Virus record (IMG/VR): IMGVR_UViG_3300012936_000005
Coordinates: 1 to 64,000 of that record
DNA length: 64,000 nt
From: a virus
Strand: one strand, 5' to 3'
The translations under genes were made by a program, and so were the position numbers. The notes beneath the pieces were generated by a model that saw only the letters and a list, made by a program, of their open reading frames with translations, made no database searches and was not told the origin of the DNA. Each line of letters starts with the position of its first letter. The first letter of the stretch is position 1. This document shows, piece by piece, positions 28,742-37,548 of this stretch.

Positions 28742-29784
28742 TTTTGTTCTACCTGTACATTCTGATATGCTTTATGTGATGCACACGTTCTAATACATCT
28801 TCTCAAATGTTTATTGTGTGATGGATTCCAGCTTTCTTCTAAAACTTTTTCATAGTAAGGATGTTGCATAATCTGTTCTATACTATTTAATCTAAGACTA
28901 TTCCAGCCTGTTTGAAATTCACTTAGTTTTTCTAGAATATTTTCTTTATTTTTAAATGCACTATCCCACAAAAAACAGCATGGCCACATTTCCTGTTTAG
29001 CACTTATAAATATTTCTCCTTCATGCACATACTTGCAAACTATGGTGTCAATAACTTTTTTATCTATTTGATTGTTTTGCATAAGACTATCTAATTTGTA
29101 AACTTCTTCTCTGCGATCATGTTGTTTATTACCTGTTGTGGTTATTACCTTTTTTTCTTTGTTACTTTTCTTTCCTATTTCTGCCACCCAATTATAGTAA
29201 CTATTACGCATGCCTGTTCTAATAAAAAATTTTAATCCTAATTTTTCTGCGTGTGCTTTTGCCGCTTCTATTTCTTGTTCATTATGATCAAATACAATAA
29301 AAGTCCATTTATTTTTATTAAATTCTCCTTTGTAACTATTTTCTGCATATGCTTCAAGATTTCTTTCAATAACATTAAATTTAGTATTAACTCTGTAAAT
29401 ATGATTTGTTTCTCTGTGTCCATCGATACATGCTTGCAAAATAAAATTCTTGTGATATTTCTTGCTTAGTAATCCTAAATCATACCATATGCTCTTTGTA
29501 CCTACACCAGTATTGGTGCTAATAGTTACTATCGCACCGTTTGATAACAAATATTCAGTGATATCAATGACTTGAGGATGTATCATAGGATCTCCTAATA
29601 CTCCGCAAAGTCTAATATCTTTACCATCAATATGTTTTTTAGTAGGTAATATACGTTTTAGATCATCAAGAGAAAAATCTACCACTTCTAGTATATCTCT
29701 ATTAAGTGTCCTTGCACAACCAGGACAAGCGGCATTACAGTCACTTGTAATTTCTAATTCAATTTTTTTAATTCTGTCTATCAT
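28738..29784 (-). CDS. radical SAM enzyme with C-terminal twitch-like domain (subfamily B)
   Basis: CNAACPGC, LCGVLGDP, PCC...CIRTC. Confidence 0.92.
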   Translation of the reverse strand: MIDRIKKIELEITSDCNAACPGCARTLNRDILEVVDFSLDDLKRILPTKKHIDGKDIRLCGVLGDPMIHPQVIDITEYLLSNGAIVTISTNTGVGTKSIWYDLGLLSKKYHKNFILQACIDGHRETNHIYRVNTKFNVIERNLEAYAENSYKGEFNKNKWTFIVFDHNEQEIEAAKAHAEKLGLKFFIRTGMRNSYYNWVAEIGKKSNKEKKVITTTGNKQHDRREEVYKLDSLMQNNQIDKKVIDTIVCKYVHEGEIFISAKQEMWPCCFLWDSAFKNKENILEKLSEFQTGWNSLRLNSIEQIMQHPYYEKVLEESWNPSHNKHLRRCIRTCASHKAYQNVQVEQK

Positions 29785-30848
29785 TTGAACTGCTCTGCAA
29801 ACGGGTCAAACTCTGCACCACACTTCATAGCACAAACTTTTAATTTTCCTTCTCCGCAAGTTGGCTTCGACCAACTATCTTGTATTGTGTTAAATATACC
29901 TGTCTCAAAAACTTTATCTAATCCAGAACGTGCATCTAATGCATTTTTGTTAGGAATAAAGTCCCATATTTGTTCTACTTTAGGATCTTTATGCCACCAC
30001 TTGTACATGCGTCCTGCTGTCCAACAACAAGGCAAAGCTAAACCTTCTGCTGTTATATATAAACTATTTTCTTTTTTAACTTTACATATAATAGGAGCCG
30101 CATCATAATATGCATCCATACTACCATATTTTTTAATAATAATGTCTTGTTTTTGTAATGCTTTATTTTGATATTTTTTATCAGGTTTTCTTAATTGTGT
30201 TGTTTCTTTACCTTTCTTATCAACTGCTTGATGTGATTCTTTTTTCTTACTATCTTGTGTAATAAAACGTCCTGTCTTTTTTGCAGTAAATTTTTCAAAA
30301 CCTTTTTGCTTACTTAATTTTTCTGCTTCTTCTACTTGATGTTGATTGTGTTCAAAAATTAAAAAGTCCCAACGAGCTCGACCGCCTGCTTCTATAAAAG
30401 CGTCCATACTACGCTCTACATTGTTCCAGTTAACGCCTTGGCGATATAAATGATTAGTATCACGAAGACCATCAACGCTAAAAATAACAGACCCCATCCG
30501 ACCAAAAATTGTTGCCAGGTTGCTCCACCATACTTCATCTCTTGCTCCTGCATTTGTATTCATACTTAGCCACATGTTTTTATTGTGTTCTCTAAAGTAT
30601 GCAAATATTTCTAATGTATCTCGTGCAACAATAGGGTCACCTAGATTGCCACACATATACATAGTGTCAAGTTGCTTGATAAATTTAGGAGAAAATATCT
30701 TCTTACAATCTTCTAATGACAATTCATCTAAATTAATATGTGGATTTACACCTTGACCGTTACAATTTCTATCACACATAGGACAAGCCGCCTGGCAATT
30801 TTGTGTTACCTCTAGATGTATAGTTTTTATGTCTTTGTAAAAATACAC
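29781..30848 (-). CDS. radical SAM enzyme with C-terminal twitch-like domain (subfamily B)
   Basis: CQAACPMC, MCGNLGDP, HNQHQ, PCC...CAMKC. Confidence 0.92.
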   Translation of the reverse strand: MYFYKDIKTIHLEVTQNCQAACPMCDRNCNGQGVNPHINLDELSLEDCKKIFSPKFIKQLDTMYMCGNLGDPIVARDTLEIFAYFREHNKNMWLSMNTNAGARDEVWWSNLATIFGRMGSVIFSVDGLRDTNHLYRQGVNWNNVERSMDAFIEAGGRARWDFLIFEHNQHQVEEAEKLSKQKGFEKFTAKKTGRFITQDSKKKESHQAVDKKGKETTQLRKPDKKYQNKALQKQDIIIKKYGSMDAYYDAAPIICKVKKENSLYITAEGLALPCCWTAGRMYKWWHKDPKVEQIWDFIPNKNALDARSGLDKVFETGIFNTIQDSWSKPTCGEGKLKVCAMKCGAEFDPFAEQFK

Positions 30849-31369
30849 TATGTTAGTACCCTTTGCATTGATAAAACTATTTTTAATTGTGATGTATAAA
30901 ATGCATCTACTCCATGATATCCGTTAGCTATATACCATGCGTCAGCATCTAAATATTTGAAGTGTAATCCGTTTTTGTTTTTAATTACTGCTATATTTTT
31001 TAAATGTGCATCTTGATTAACAAAAAATCTGTTATCGTTCCATTCACTACTTAATCCCATTGATGCTGTCCATGTATGATTAATACATTTGAACAGTCTT
31101 ATATAATCTGCTTTAGTTAAGACTTTACTCTTATGCGGTTCTAATAGTTTGTACAAATCTGTTTCGATGCCCTCTAAATATTCCATTGAGTATGTATGCT
31201 CATCTATTAAATCTATTATCTTTACAATATGAGGAGTTCTATTTTGCAGATTTTTATAACAACGAAACCATTCTTTAGTAAGTGGCTTTCTTTTTAGAGT
31301 CTTAATTAAAATATTATTTTTAGTATCATGTACTATCCTAGATACATCTGTGTTCCATATTTCTTTCAT
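30848..31369 (-). CDS. small protein-kinase-fold phosphotransferase-like protein
   Basis: LIK, HIVKIID, MEYLEG, QDAHLKNI, LDAD. Confidence 0.6.
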   Translation of the reverse strand: MKEIWNTDVSRIVHDTKNNILIKTLKRKPLTKEWFRCYKNLQNRTPHIVKIIDLIDEHTYSMEYLEGIETDLYKLLEPHKSKVLTKADYIRLFKCINHTWTASMGLSSEWNDNRFFVNQDAHLKNIAVIKNKNGLHFKYLDADAWYIANGYHGVDAFYTSQLKIVLSMQRVLT

Positions 31370-32070
31370 TATTTTACGCCAATTCTCATAAATCTATTAT
31401 ACTTTGGCAACTCTAAGGATCCTGAATAAAAGCAGTCCATCATTGGAGATTGTTCTTTAAATTCCAAAGGATTTTTTACACAATTTACGTGATCCTTCAC
31501 ATCGAAAAAATTGTTAGATTGTAAAACAACTAAGGTACCATTTGGTATTTTTTCATACCACTTATTAAATTCTTTGATATGTTCACAACTTGTATTGATC
31601 ACAGTATCAGGACAATCTGTTATATCTCTACTCATTCTGTTATTAGCTTTGCTCCAAGTTTGCCAAGTATGTTTATTATAATCAATATCCATTATATCTT
31701 GCGTTATTGCTTTGAATTGCCAATCTTTTTTTACTTGATTGCGATTTATTGTATCTGCTATTTCTAAACAACTATCGTCTATGTCAAAACTTCTAATTTT
31801 ATCTATTGAGCAACGACTTCTAAACAACATGGCCGCAAGTGTAGCATACCAACCAGCACACAAAAATACAGTTCCTAATGGCACATCAATATCTTCTAAA
31901 GTGTTAACTAACCATCTTTTGCTTTTAAGTTGTCCCCAACTTAAAGCATCTGTCAAATCAGCTTTATGATTATCCACAGCATTACGCAAATTATTGAATA
32001 TAGGATTGTCAGTTAGAACTAACATCCTTCCAAAAATATCGTTATCGTCTTTCCAATTAATGCTCATCAA
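31369..32070 (-). CDS. putative class I methyltransferase-fold protein
   Basis: VFLCAGWYA, SFDID, D..D, VINTSCEH spaced like Rossmann MTase motifs. Confidence 0.5.
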   Translation of the reverse strand: MMSINWKDDNDIFGRMLVLTDNPIFNNLRNAVDNHKADLTDALSWGQLKSKRWLVNTLEDIDVPLGTVFLCAGWYATLAAMLFRSRCSIDKIRSFDIDDSCLEIADTINRNQVKKDWQFKAITQDIMDIDYNKHTWQTWSKANNRMSRDITDCPDTVINTSCEHIKEFNKWYEKIPNGTLVVLQSNNFFDVKDHVNCVKNPLEFKEQSPMMDCFYSGSLELPKYNRFMRIGVK

Positions 32071-32740
32071 ACTTTTTCCTTAGCCATTCAAAATCATTTA
32101 TTAACCCAAGATCAGCCCCGCTAGAAAGGCCAAACTGCATACCATCCCTAGCACCTCTAATCGCAAATTCACCAAACTCTCTATCGTGTCCCACGGTTGT
32201 CCAAGTTTTAAGTCTTCCATTTGTTTCTTGCTCCTTTTGTCTATCTATTGTTTTACTTGATAGTTTAGCACATTCTCTAAAAGCACTTTTCCAAGTATTA
32301 AAAGGATCTGTGTTGAATGCTGTTATATTACTTACTTCGTTCATAACTTTAAATTTATCACTTATGCTTGTAGTCATATCGTTAGTATTTGTATCCATAT
32401 TTTTTGTTAATGTAGTTGGAAATAATTTTACACCTCCATAACCATAAACAAGATCATTAATTGGATTCATACATCTGTATACATGAACTAGATCCTTTTC
32501 TTCTGTAGTGTATCCAAAATTAAATTCATCTACAATTACAGCATCTCCATCAACTACATAAAAGTAACTTGAGTTTGCAAGTTTGGCCGCTTCTACATGT
32601 GCGTTATGAATGCCTTTAACATCTTTTACACGTTTTACTCTATCACCAAATACTCCGACAGTATTGAATCTTGAATAAAGATTGTTATAATTTTCTTCTG
32701 CATTTGGTTCGTGATAGCTTATAAAAATAATATCATACAT
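32057..32740 (-). CDS. GT-A fold glycosyltransferase-like protein
   Basis: FYVVDGD DxD motif after AH..AA; paralogue of 34100. Confidence 0.6.
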   Translation of the reverse strand: MYDIIFISYHEPNAEENYNNLYSRFNTVGVFGDRVKRVKDVKGIHNAHVEAAKLANSSYFYVVDGDAVIVDEFNFGYTTEEKDLVHVYRCMNPINDLVYGYGGVKLFPTTLTKNMDTNTNDMTTSISDKFKVMNEVSNITAFNTDPFNTWKSAFRECAKLSSKTIDRQKEQETNGRLKTWTTVGHDREFGEFAIRGARDGMQFGLSSGADLGLINDFEWLRKKFDEH

Positions 32741-34100
32741 TTTTACAAATCTCCAAAAATTGTTCGTACTCAGGAAAAACCTTTACAAAATTTACATCTC
32801 TTCTTTTGTCATATTGTTTTGTAAACCTAAAAAACATTTTTTGAGCTTCTTGCTGTTCTTTCCAAAAGTCGTCTTTGTTTTTAAGTCTGTGCTCTACATC
32901 TGATACAATGCGTTCTAGCTTTACAGTCTCAATCTGTTTGAAGCCATGATGGTCTGTGTTTTCTTGCATAAATTTTAATGCAGGTTTTAAATAATCATCT
33001 ACCACTTGTTCATTTGCTATTTTAACATCTAAGAATGCAGGATTTCGCACATACGGAATGTCAATTAGTATCCTTTGGTTTCCTGGATGCCTACCCCAAT
33101 ATGTTGACTTTAAATATAGCACCCAGATCAAAAACGACTTGAATGTTGGTAAACTATAAATGTTAAAAGCACTCATGAAACTTATTTTACTTGCAGTATG
33201 TCTTGCAAAGTATTCGATGTTATCAGTAAACAATCGCCAGTCCATACCAAATCTACTATATTCTGCTTGAGTACCTGTACTTTCTGCACTTGTGTATAAA
33301 CAAAATTCTCTAATAGCATTTGAATCTTCTAACTTCTTTATAGACTTTGTAAATCTTTTCCATAAATCTTTAGGTGGGCATCCATTACTGTTAATTGCAA
33401 ATTTTAAATTGGGTTGCGGATGTTCAATTAAGTAATCAATCACTCTTTGAGTATGTTTACTTAACAGAGGTTCTCCTCCTGTAATACGGAAAGTATGCAT
33501 ATGTTTTACTGCTTCTGGAAACCATTTCCAAAATGCTTCAATATATGGATTATCTTCACGCTCAGGTATAGGCGTTTCGTTAGGATCAATCATATTGTAT
33601 GCCCAAGTGTTTAAATCATATGGTCCTTTTTGCTTAACTTCTTCCATCCATTTACTACTAAATGGCGGACCACAATATGCACATTTGAAATTACATACAT
33701 TACTAAAACTAATTTCTACATATCTAGGATAAAAATCTTCGTCTCCTGTAAAGTTGCTAATTGTATCGTAATCGCTCCAACTAAACGCATCAGCACTTTT
33801 GTAAACTCTATCACTAAACTTATCTGTGTTGTCTTCGATACGCCAGCAGTAATCGCACTCGCCTGGGCGTTCATTTTTTAGCATTTGCTTTCTTACATTT
33901 TTTTTGAAGCCTGTATTATGAAGTGCATTAGGATTTTTTGCAAGTTCATCTAAATCAATCCTATGTGCTTTTACATGATGACAACTATGATTTATACCTG
34001 TGCCTAAGTGAATTGTAACTTGTGTCCATTTGGCAAGACAAAATCCGCACCCAACTTTATCTAGTTTTTCTTTAACTTCTATTGGTTCACCTTTAAGCAT
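32733..34100 (-). CDS. radical SAM enzyme with N-terminal twitch domain (subfamily C)
   Basis: FCLAKW..SCHH..CDYC; CNFKCAYC; TGGEPLL. Confidence 0.92.
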   Translation of the reverse strand: MLKGEPIEVKEKLDKVGCGFCLAKWTQVTIHLGTGINHSCHHVKAHRIDLDELAKNPNALHNTGFKKNVRKQMLKNERPGECDYCWRIEDNTDKFSDRVYKSADAFSWSDYDTISNFTGDEDFYPRYVEISFSNVCNFKCAYCGPPFSSKWMEEVKQKGPYDLNTWAYNMIDPNETPIPEREDNPYIEAFWKWFPEAVKHMHTFRITGGEPLLSKHTQRVIDYLIEHPQPNLKFAINSNGCPPKDLWKRFTKSIKKLEDSNAIREFCLYTSAESTGTQAEYSRFGMDWRLFTDNIEYFARHTASKISFMSAFNIYSLPTFKSFLIWVLYLKSTYWGRHPGNQRILIDIPYVRNPAFLDVKIANEQVVDDYLKPALKFMQENTDHHGFKQIETVKLERIVSDVEHRLKNKDDFWKEQQEAQKMFFRFTKQYDKRRDVNFVKVFPEYEQFLEICKNV

Positions 34101-35020
34101 TAATTTTCCTTATCAATGAACTGCTGGTTGCCGCCTCTGCTTGGATTTTGATAAACAGTTTTAAAAAAAGAGCTTTGTTCTTCGTTGAGAGGTTGTATTG
34201 AAATAGGTATTTCTAAATTGTTTACTAAATCACTTCCGTAATTAAAAATTTCTGTATGTAAAACATCTTCGGGCATTTGATCACGTCCTGCCCAGAGATT
34301 GTTAAGATATTCAAAGTCTCGTACATTTACATAATCCCAATCACTTAACATAGTCATACTAAGTCCTTCTCTGGCTCCTAATATGGCCCAGTTTCCGTTT
34401 TGTACATCTGCTCCTACCATTAACCAAATCCATAGTCTATGTAAATTTTTCCAGTGTCCTTTTAAGAACTCTTCTTTGGTCGGCTTGACTCCTCTGTCAA
34501 GTGCCATTTTTACACCTTCACGAAATCCTGCTCGCCAAGCCTGATGTGGAGTTTCGTTATTATGTACATCTGAATAACAACTGTTTTGTTGAATATACTG
34601 TAGGTCCCAACAAAAATCAACCTGTGCAGACTGATTATTAGGATCAGCGTTTTCGTGTGTACGCATATTTAACACAAATTCTTTAGGCCAACATTTTAAT
34701 CCGCCGTTACCATACATCAAACCGTTTATACTATTTTTTCCGCACCAACTAATCACACTGTTGGCTAAGTCTGTATGTTCGTCAAAATCTAAAACTTGGT
34801 TTATAAAATCTTGACGAATTGTGTTATCGCCGTCGACTGTTACAAATCTATCTGTTTCTGATAATTCAGCACAGGCTTTATGTGCCGCATCTGACCCTTC
34901 TACACCGTGTACTCGTTTTGCCCAAGGAACTTTTGTAAGTAGATCAGCATAATTTTTTTCAGCATTTGGTTCGTCATAGCTTAGGTATATTATATCTAAT
35001 TCTGCAATTTTAACTTTCAT
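34100..35020 (-). CDS. GT-A fold glycosyltransferase-like protein
   Basis: SYDEPNAE, AH..CA, FVTVDGD, YGNGG, FREGVK. Confidence 0.6.
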   Translation of the reverse strand: MKVKIAELDIIYLSYDEPNAEKNYADLLTKVPWAKRVHGVEGSDAAHKACAELSETDRFVTVDGDNTIRQDFINQVLDFDEHTDLANSVISWCGKNSINGLMYGNGGLKCWPKEFVLNMRTHENADPNNQSAQVDFCWDLQYIQQNSCYSDVHNNETPHQAWRAGFREGVKMALDRGVKPTKEEFLKGHWKNLHRLWIWLMVGADVQNGNWAILGAREGLSMTMLSDWDYVNVRDFEYLNNLWAGRDQMPEDVLHTEIFNYGSDLVNNLEIPISIQPLNEEQSSFFKTVYQNPSRGGNQQFIDKEN

Positions 35021-35562
35021 TATAACTCCTTATACATACAAGTTGCCATATCGCAATTAGCGTAAACACTGTATGGTCCTTTTATATTTAAAGGTTTAGA
35101 TTCGTTCGATGCAATGTTAAATGTAAGTTGTTCATACAAAATATGGGGGTCACCTTTTTTTGTAAAACTAAAACTTATTTCTTTTTGTAGATCAACATTT
35201 GTAGTTTTCATTGTATCTAATAGTTCAATACCCGTATTAATATAACATCTTTTGGTAACTTTGTCAACAGTCAATAACAGATCGTACATGATTGATTCGT
35301 CAACTGGTTTAATTTCAATGAATTTTGCTTCATGTTGTACATAGATATTTTTCTTAAGTACAAATTTCTTATCACTACGATTATAAGCAACAACATAGTC
35401 TGTCATTTTTTCTTTCAAACTTTTAATAGGTTCTACTTCTTCTTCAGTAACTTTTATGTGTTGGTATCCTTCTTCTATACTAGGACCTATACTAAAAATT
35501 CTTCCAGTCTTTTGATTGAAGCATACATATTGTTGTGTATGTGTGCTAACGTGATGCATCAT
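35020..35562 (-). CDS. hypothetical protein
   Basis: 180-aa ORF, AGGAG RBS, coupled to neighbours. Confidence 0.7.
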   Translation of the reverse strand: MMHHVSTHTQQYVCFNQKTGRIFSIGPSIEEGYQHIKVTEEEVEPIKSLKEKMTDYVVAYNRSDKKFVLKKNIYVQHEAKFIEIKPVDESIMYDLLLTVDKVTKRCYINTGIELLDTMKTTNVDLQKEISFSFTKKGDPHILYEQLTFNIASNESKPLNIKGPYSVYANCDMATCMYKEL

Positions 35563-36355
35563 ACTCTCCTATAATATCTTCAGCAAATTTTTGTTCAGTG
35601 TAATGAACTATACCATGTTGCATAAAATTTCCTATTTTTAAATTAAAGTCTTCATCTAAATAATAAGGTATCCTATCTAACCAGTTTTCTGGAGGGTTTG
35701 ACCATCCTTGTATTTTACTTTTCATATGTACGAAGCTAGGAGACTTTACAGTATAATCTTCTATGTTGTTTTCTAGTATAGCAATAGAATGATTTACATC
35801 CATGCTACTTAATTTAGGTATTTGTTTAGGTGCATAAATTTCATAATATTTTTCGTAATTTTCACATATGCGATTCAAAGTTTTATAATACTCTAATGCT
35901 GTATCATCTTTTTTAAAATAATGAAATGCACAGTAAATGTTTGGCAGACTATTTGCTGTAAAAGCCTTTCGATAATAATCATTATCAATAAGATGATTTC
36001 TGTAATCTCTTACATTAGAAATAAATCCAATACTTTTTTGTGCAAAATATTTCCACCAGTAACTAATGTCAGATAAAAATATCATATCAGTATCTAACAC
36101 AACTGTTTCTTCATACGGAGTTAAATGAAATACTTTCCATCTATGCTCTGTCTTATAGAAACTTTTTGCGTGTTTGTCGTGCCACGGAACTTCTATAATT
36201 TTATCAAATAGTCTTTTGTATCTTCTTGGCACTCTATCACTTGTAACAAGAGAAATGTTTTTTATAGATTGTGTCTTTTTGATGCTCATCGCACATAAAC
36301 ATGCTTGTAGGACATAATTATCGCCCATAGCAACCATAATATATCCTTTATCCAT
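35546..36355 (-). CDS. glycosyltransferase-like protein (GT8-like)
   Basis: A..CAMSIK, FDKII, LTPYEETVVLDTDMIF, VHMK. Confidence 0.7.
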   Translation of the reverse strand: MDKGYIMVAMGDNYVLQACLCAMSIKKTQSIKNISLVTSDRVPRRYKRLFDKIIEVPWHDKHAKSFYKTEHRWKVFHLTPYEETVVLDTDMIFLSDISYWWKYFAQKSIGFISNVRDYRNHLIDNDYYRKAFTANSLPNIYCAFHYFKKDDTALEYYKTLNRICENYEKYYEIYAPKQIPKLSSMDVNHSIAILENNIEDYTVKSPSFVHMKSKIQGWSNPPENWLDRIPYYLDEDFNLKIGNFMQHGIVHYTEQKFAEDIIGEYDASR

Positions 36356-37172
36356 TTATAAGTTCTCCTAGACTAAATTTATTCATTACATGAACATTAC
36401 AGTCTTTTGTAGATGCTAGTATATATTCACCGTTGTATTTTTCTTTTTGCAATAAAAATGTAAGTGAGTTATCTTTAATTGTTTTTATGAAGTCTCTGTC
36501 TAGTGTATAGAACATAGTTCCTGGTAATGTTTTAGCCCAGTCACTATCAGTAAATCCGTTCATCATATGGATAGCAATACTAAAGACATGGTCATTCCTA
36601 AAATTTCTACTTCCTATGTCATAAACTTGTTCATAGTGGTTCCAATTTTTAACCAAGTGTTGCAATAGATCAAAAAATATTTTTGTCTCATTTGTTTTTT
36701 TAAAACAAAAGCAAGTAGCCCAATAAAACGGAATTCCAGTATTGTTTATAAAAGAGAATTCATCATGCTTGCGCCATTCACACAAATCTACTCCGTGCTT
36801 ATAAATTTGAAAATCATTTTTGCTATCAAAGGCATGTTTTAATGAATTATTACAAATTACATAATCTGTATCAAGAACTAATGTGCTTTCGTAAGGCGAA
36901 AGATCATAACTTTTTACTCTATCATTATTTTTAAATTGTAATTGTTGATGATGCAAAGTACCGTTGTAATAACGTTTGTAATTAGAATTATTATCTTCTA
37001 TCTCTATTACTTTGTCAAATAGACCAACATTTTGTAATTCACTTGCTGTTGAAGTGACCAATGTAGTAGGCAAATCCAAATGTTTTTTCACACGTTCTGC
37101 AAGTATTTCTGCTTGCCTTAAATAATCTACTTTTCCGTTATTGTGTGCAAAACATAATACACCATTAGACAT
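36348..37172 (-). CDS. glycosyltransferase-like protein (GT8-like)
   Basis: FDKVI, LSPYESTLVLDTD, RND, HVMNK; paralogue of 35546. Confidence 0.7.
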   Translation of the reverse strand: MSNGVLCFAHNNGKVDYLRQAEILAERVKKHLDLPTTLVTSTASELQNVGLFDKVIEIEDNNSNYKRYYNGTLHHQQLQFKNNDRVKSYDLSPYESTLVLDTDYVICNNSLKHAFDSKNDFQIYKHGVDLCEWRKHDEFSFINNTGIPFYWATCFCFKKTNETKIFFDLLQHLVKNWNHYEQVYDIGSRNFRNDHVFSIAIHMMNGFTDSDWAKTLPGTMFYTLDRDFIKTIKDNSLTFLLQKEKYNGEYILASTKDCNVHVMNKFSLGELING

Positions 37173-37512
37173 CTACTAAACCTTCTACACTACGTTTGGT
37201 GCTGAGAATCTTATATTCTTCTAAGTACTTATTTGTTGCATCTGTATATTGTTGCATTGCTTTTGATACAAAGTCAACAACACTTTCTATTTGTATTGGT
37301 GTATTGTTATCATCAACTATGACTGTTTTCTCAATGCCGCCTTTACTAAGCATAAAAACAAAATTTAGAAGTTCTTTTGTGATTGTAAACTTGCCGTTAT
37401 CGGAGTACATTACAAGTTCGCCTAAGTATTTCTCGTGTAATATACGCTTTTGTGCATTTAGAGTCGCAGTAAAATTTGAAAATTCTAGTGCTTTTTCTAG
37501 TGCTTCGTCCAT
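37165..37512 (-). CDS. hypothetical protein
   Basis: 115-aa ORF with AGGAG RBS. Confidence 0.75.
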   Translation of the reverse strand: MDEALEKALEFSNFTATLNAQKRILHEKYLGELVMYSDNGKFTITKELLNFVFMLSKGGIEKTVIVDDNNTPIQIESVVDFVSKAMQQYTDATNKYLEEYKILSTKRSVEGLVDV

Positions 37513-37546
37513 AGTTATACTCCTAGTTTATAGTATAACTATTTAC
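37511..37546 (-). promoter_or_regulatory. late promoter-like GTAAATA overlapping an RBS/start-occluding hairpin
   Basis: 11-bp perfect inverted repeat ATAGTTATACT/AGTATAACTAT (37511-37521, 37532-37542); GTAAATA at 37540-37546. Confidence 0.7.
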
Positions 37547-37548
37547 TC

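Noticed and set aside
21989-34100. RiPP cluster (radical SAM/SPASM maturases plus nitroreductase)
   Set aside because: No short precursor ORF, RRE/PqqD domain, peptidase or exporter seen, and genes leave almost no gaps. A precursor elsewhere in the genome cannot be excluded.
7780-37512. Island as a mobile element, based on apparently lower GC
   Set aside because: No integrase, transposase or att-like direct repeats seen. The GC difference was only judged by eye and may reflect amino-acid composition, and the island uses the phage's own promoter motifs.
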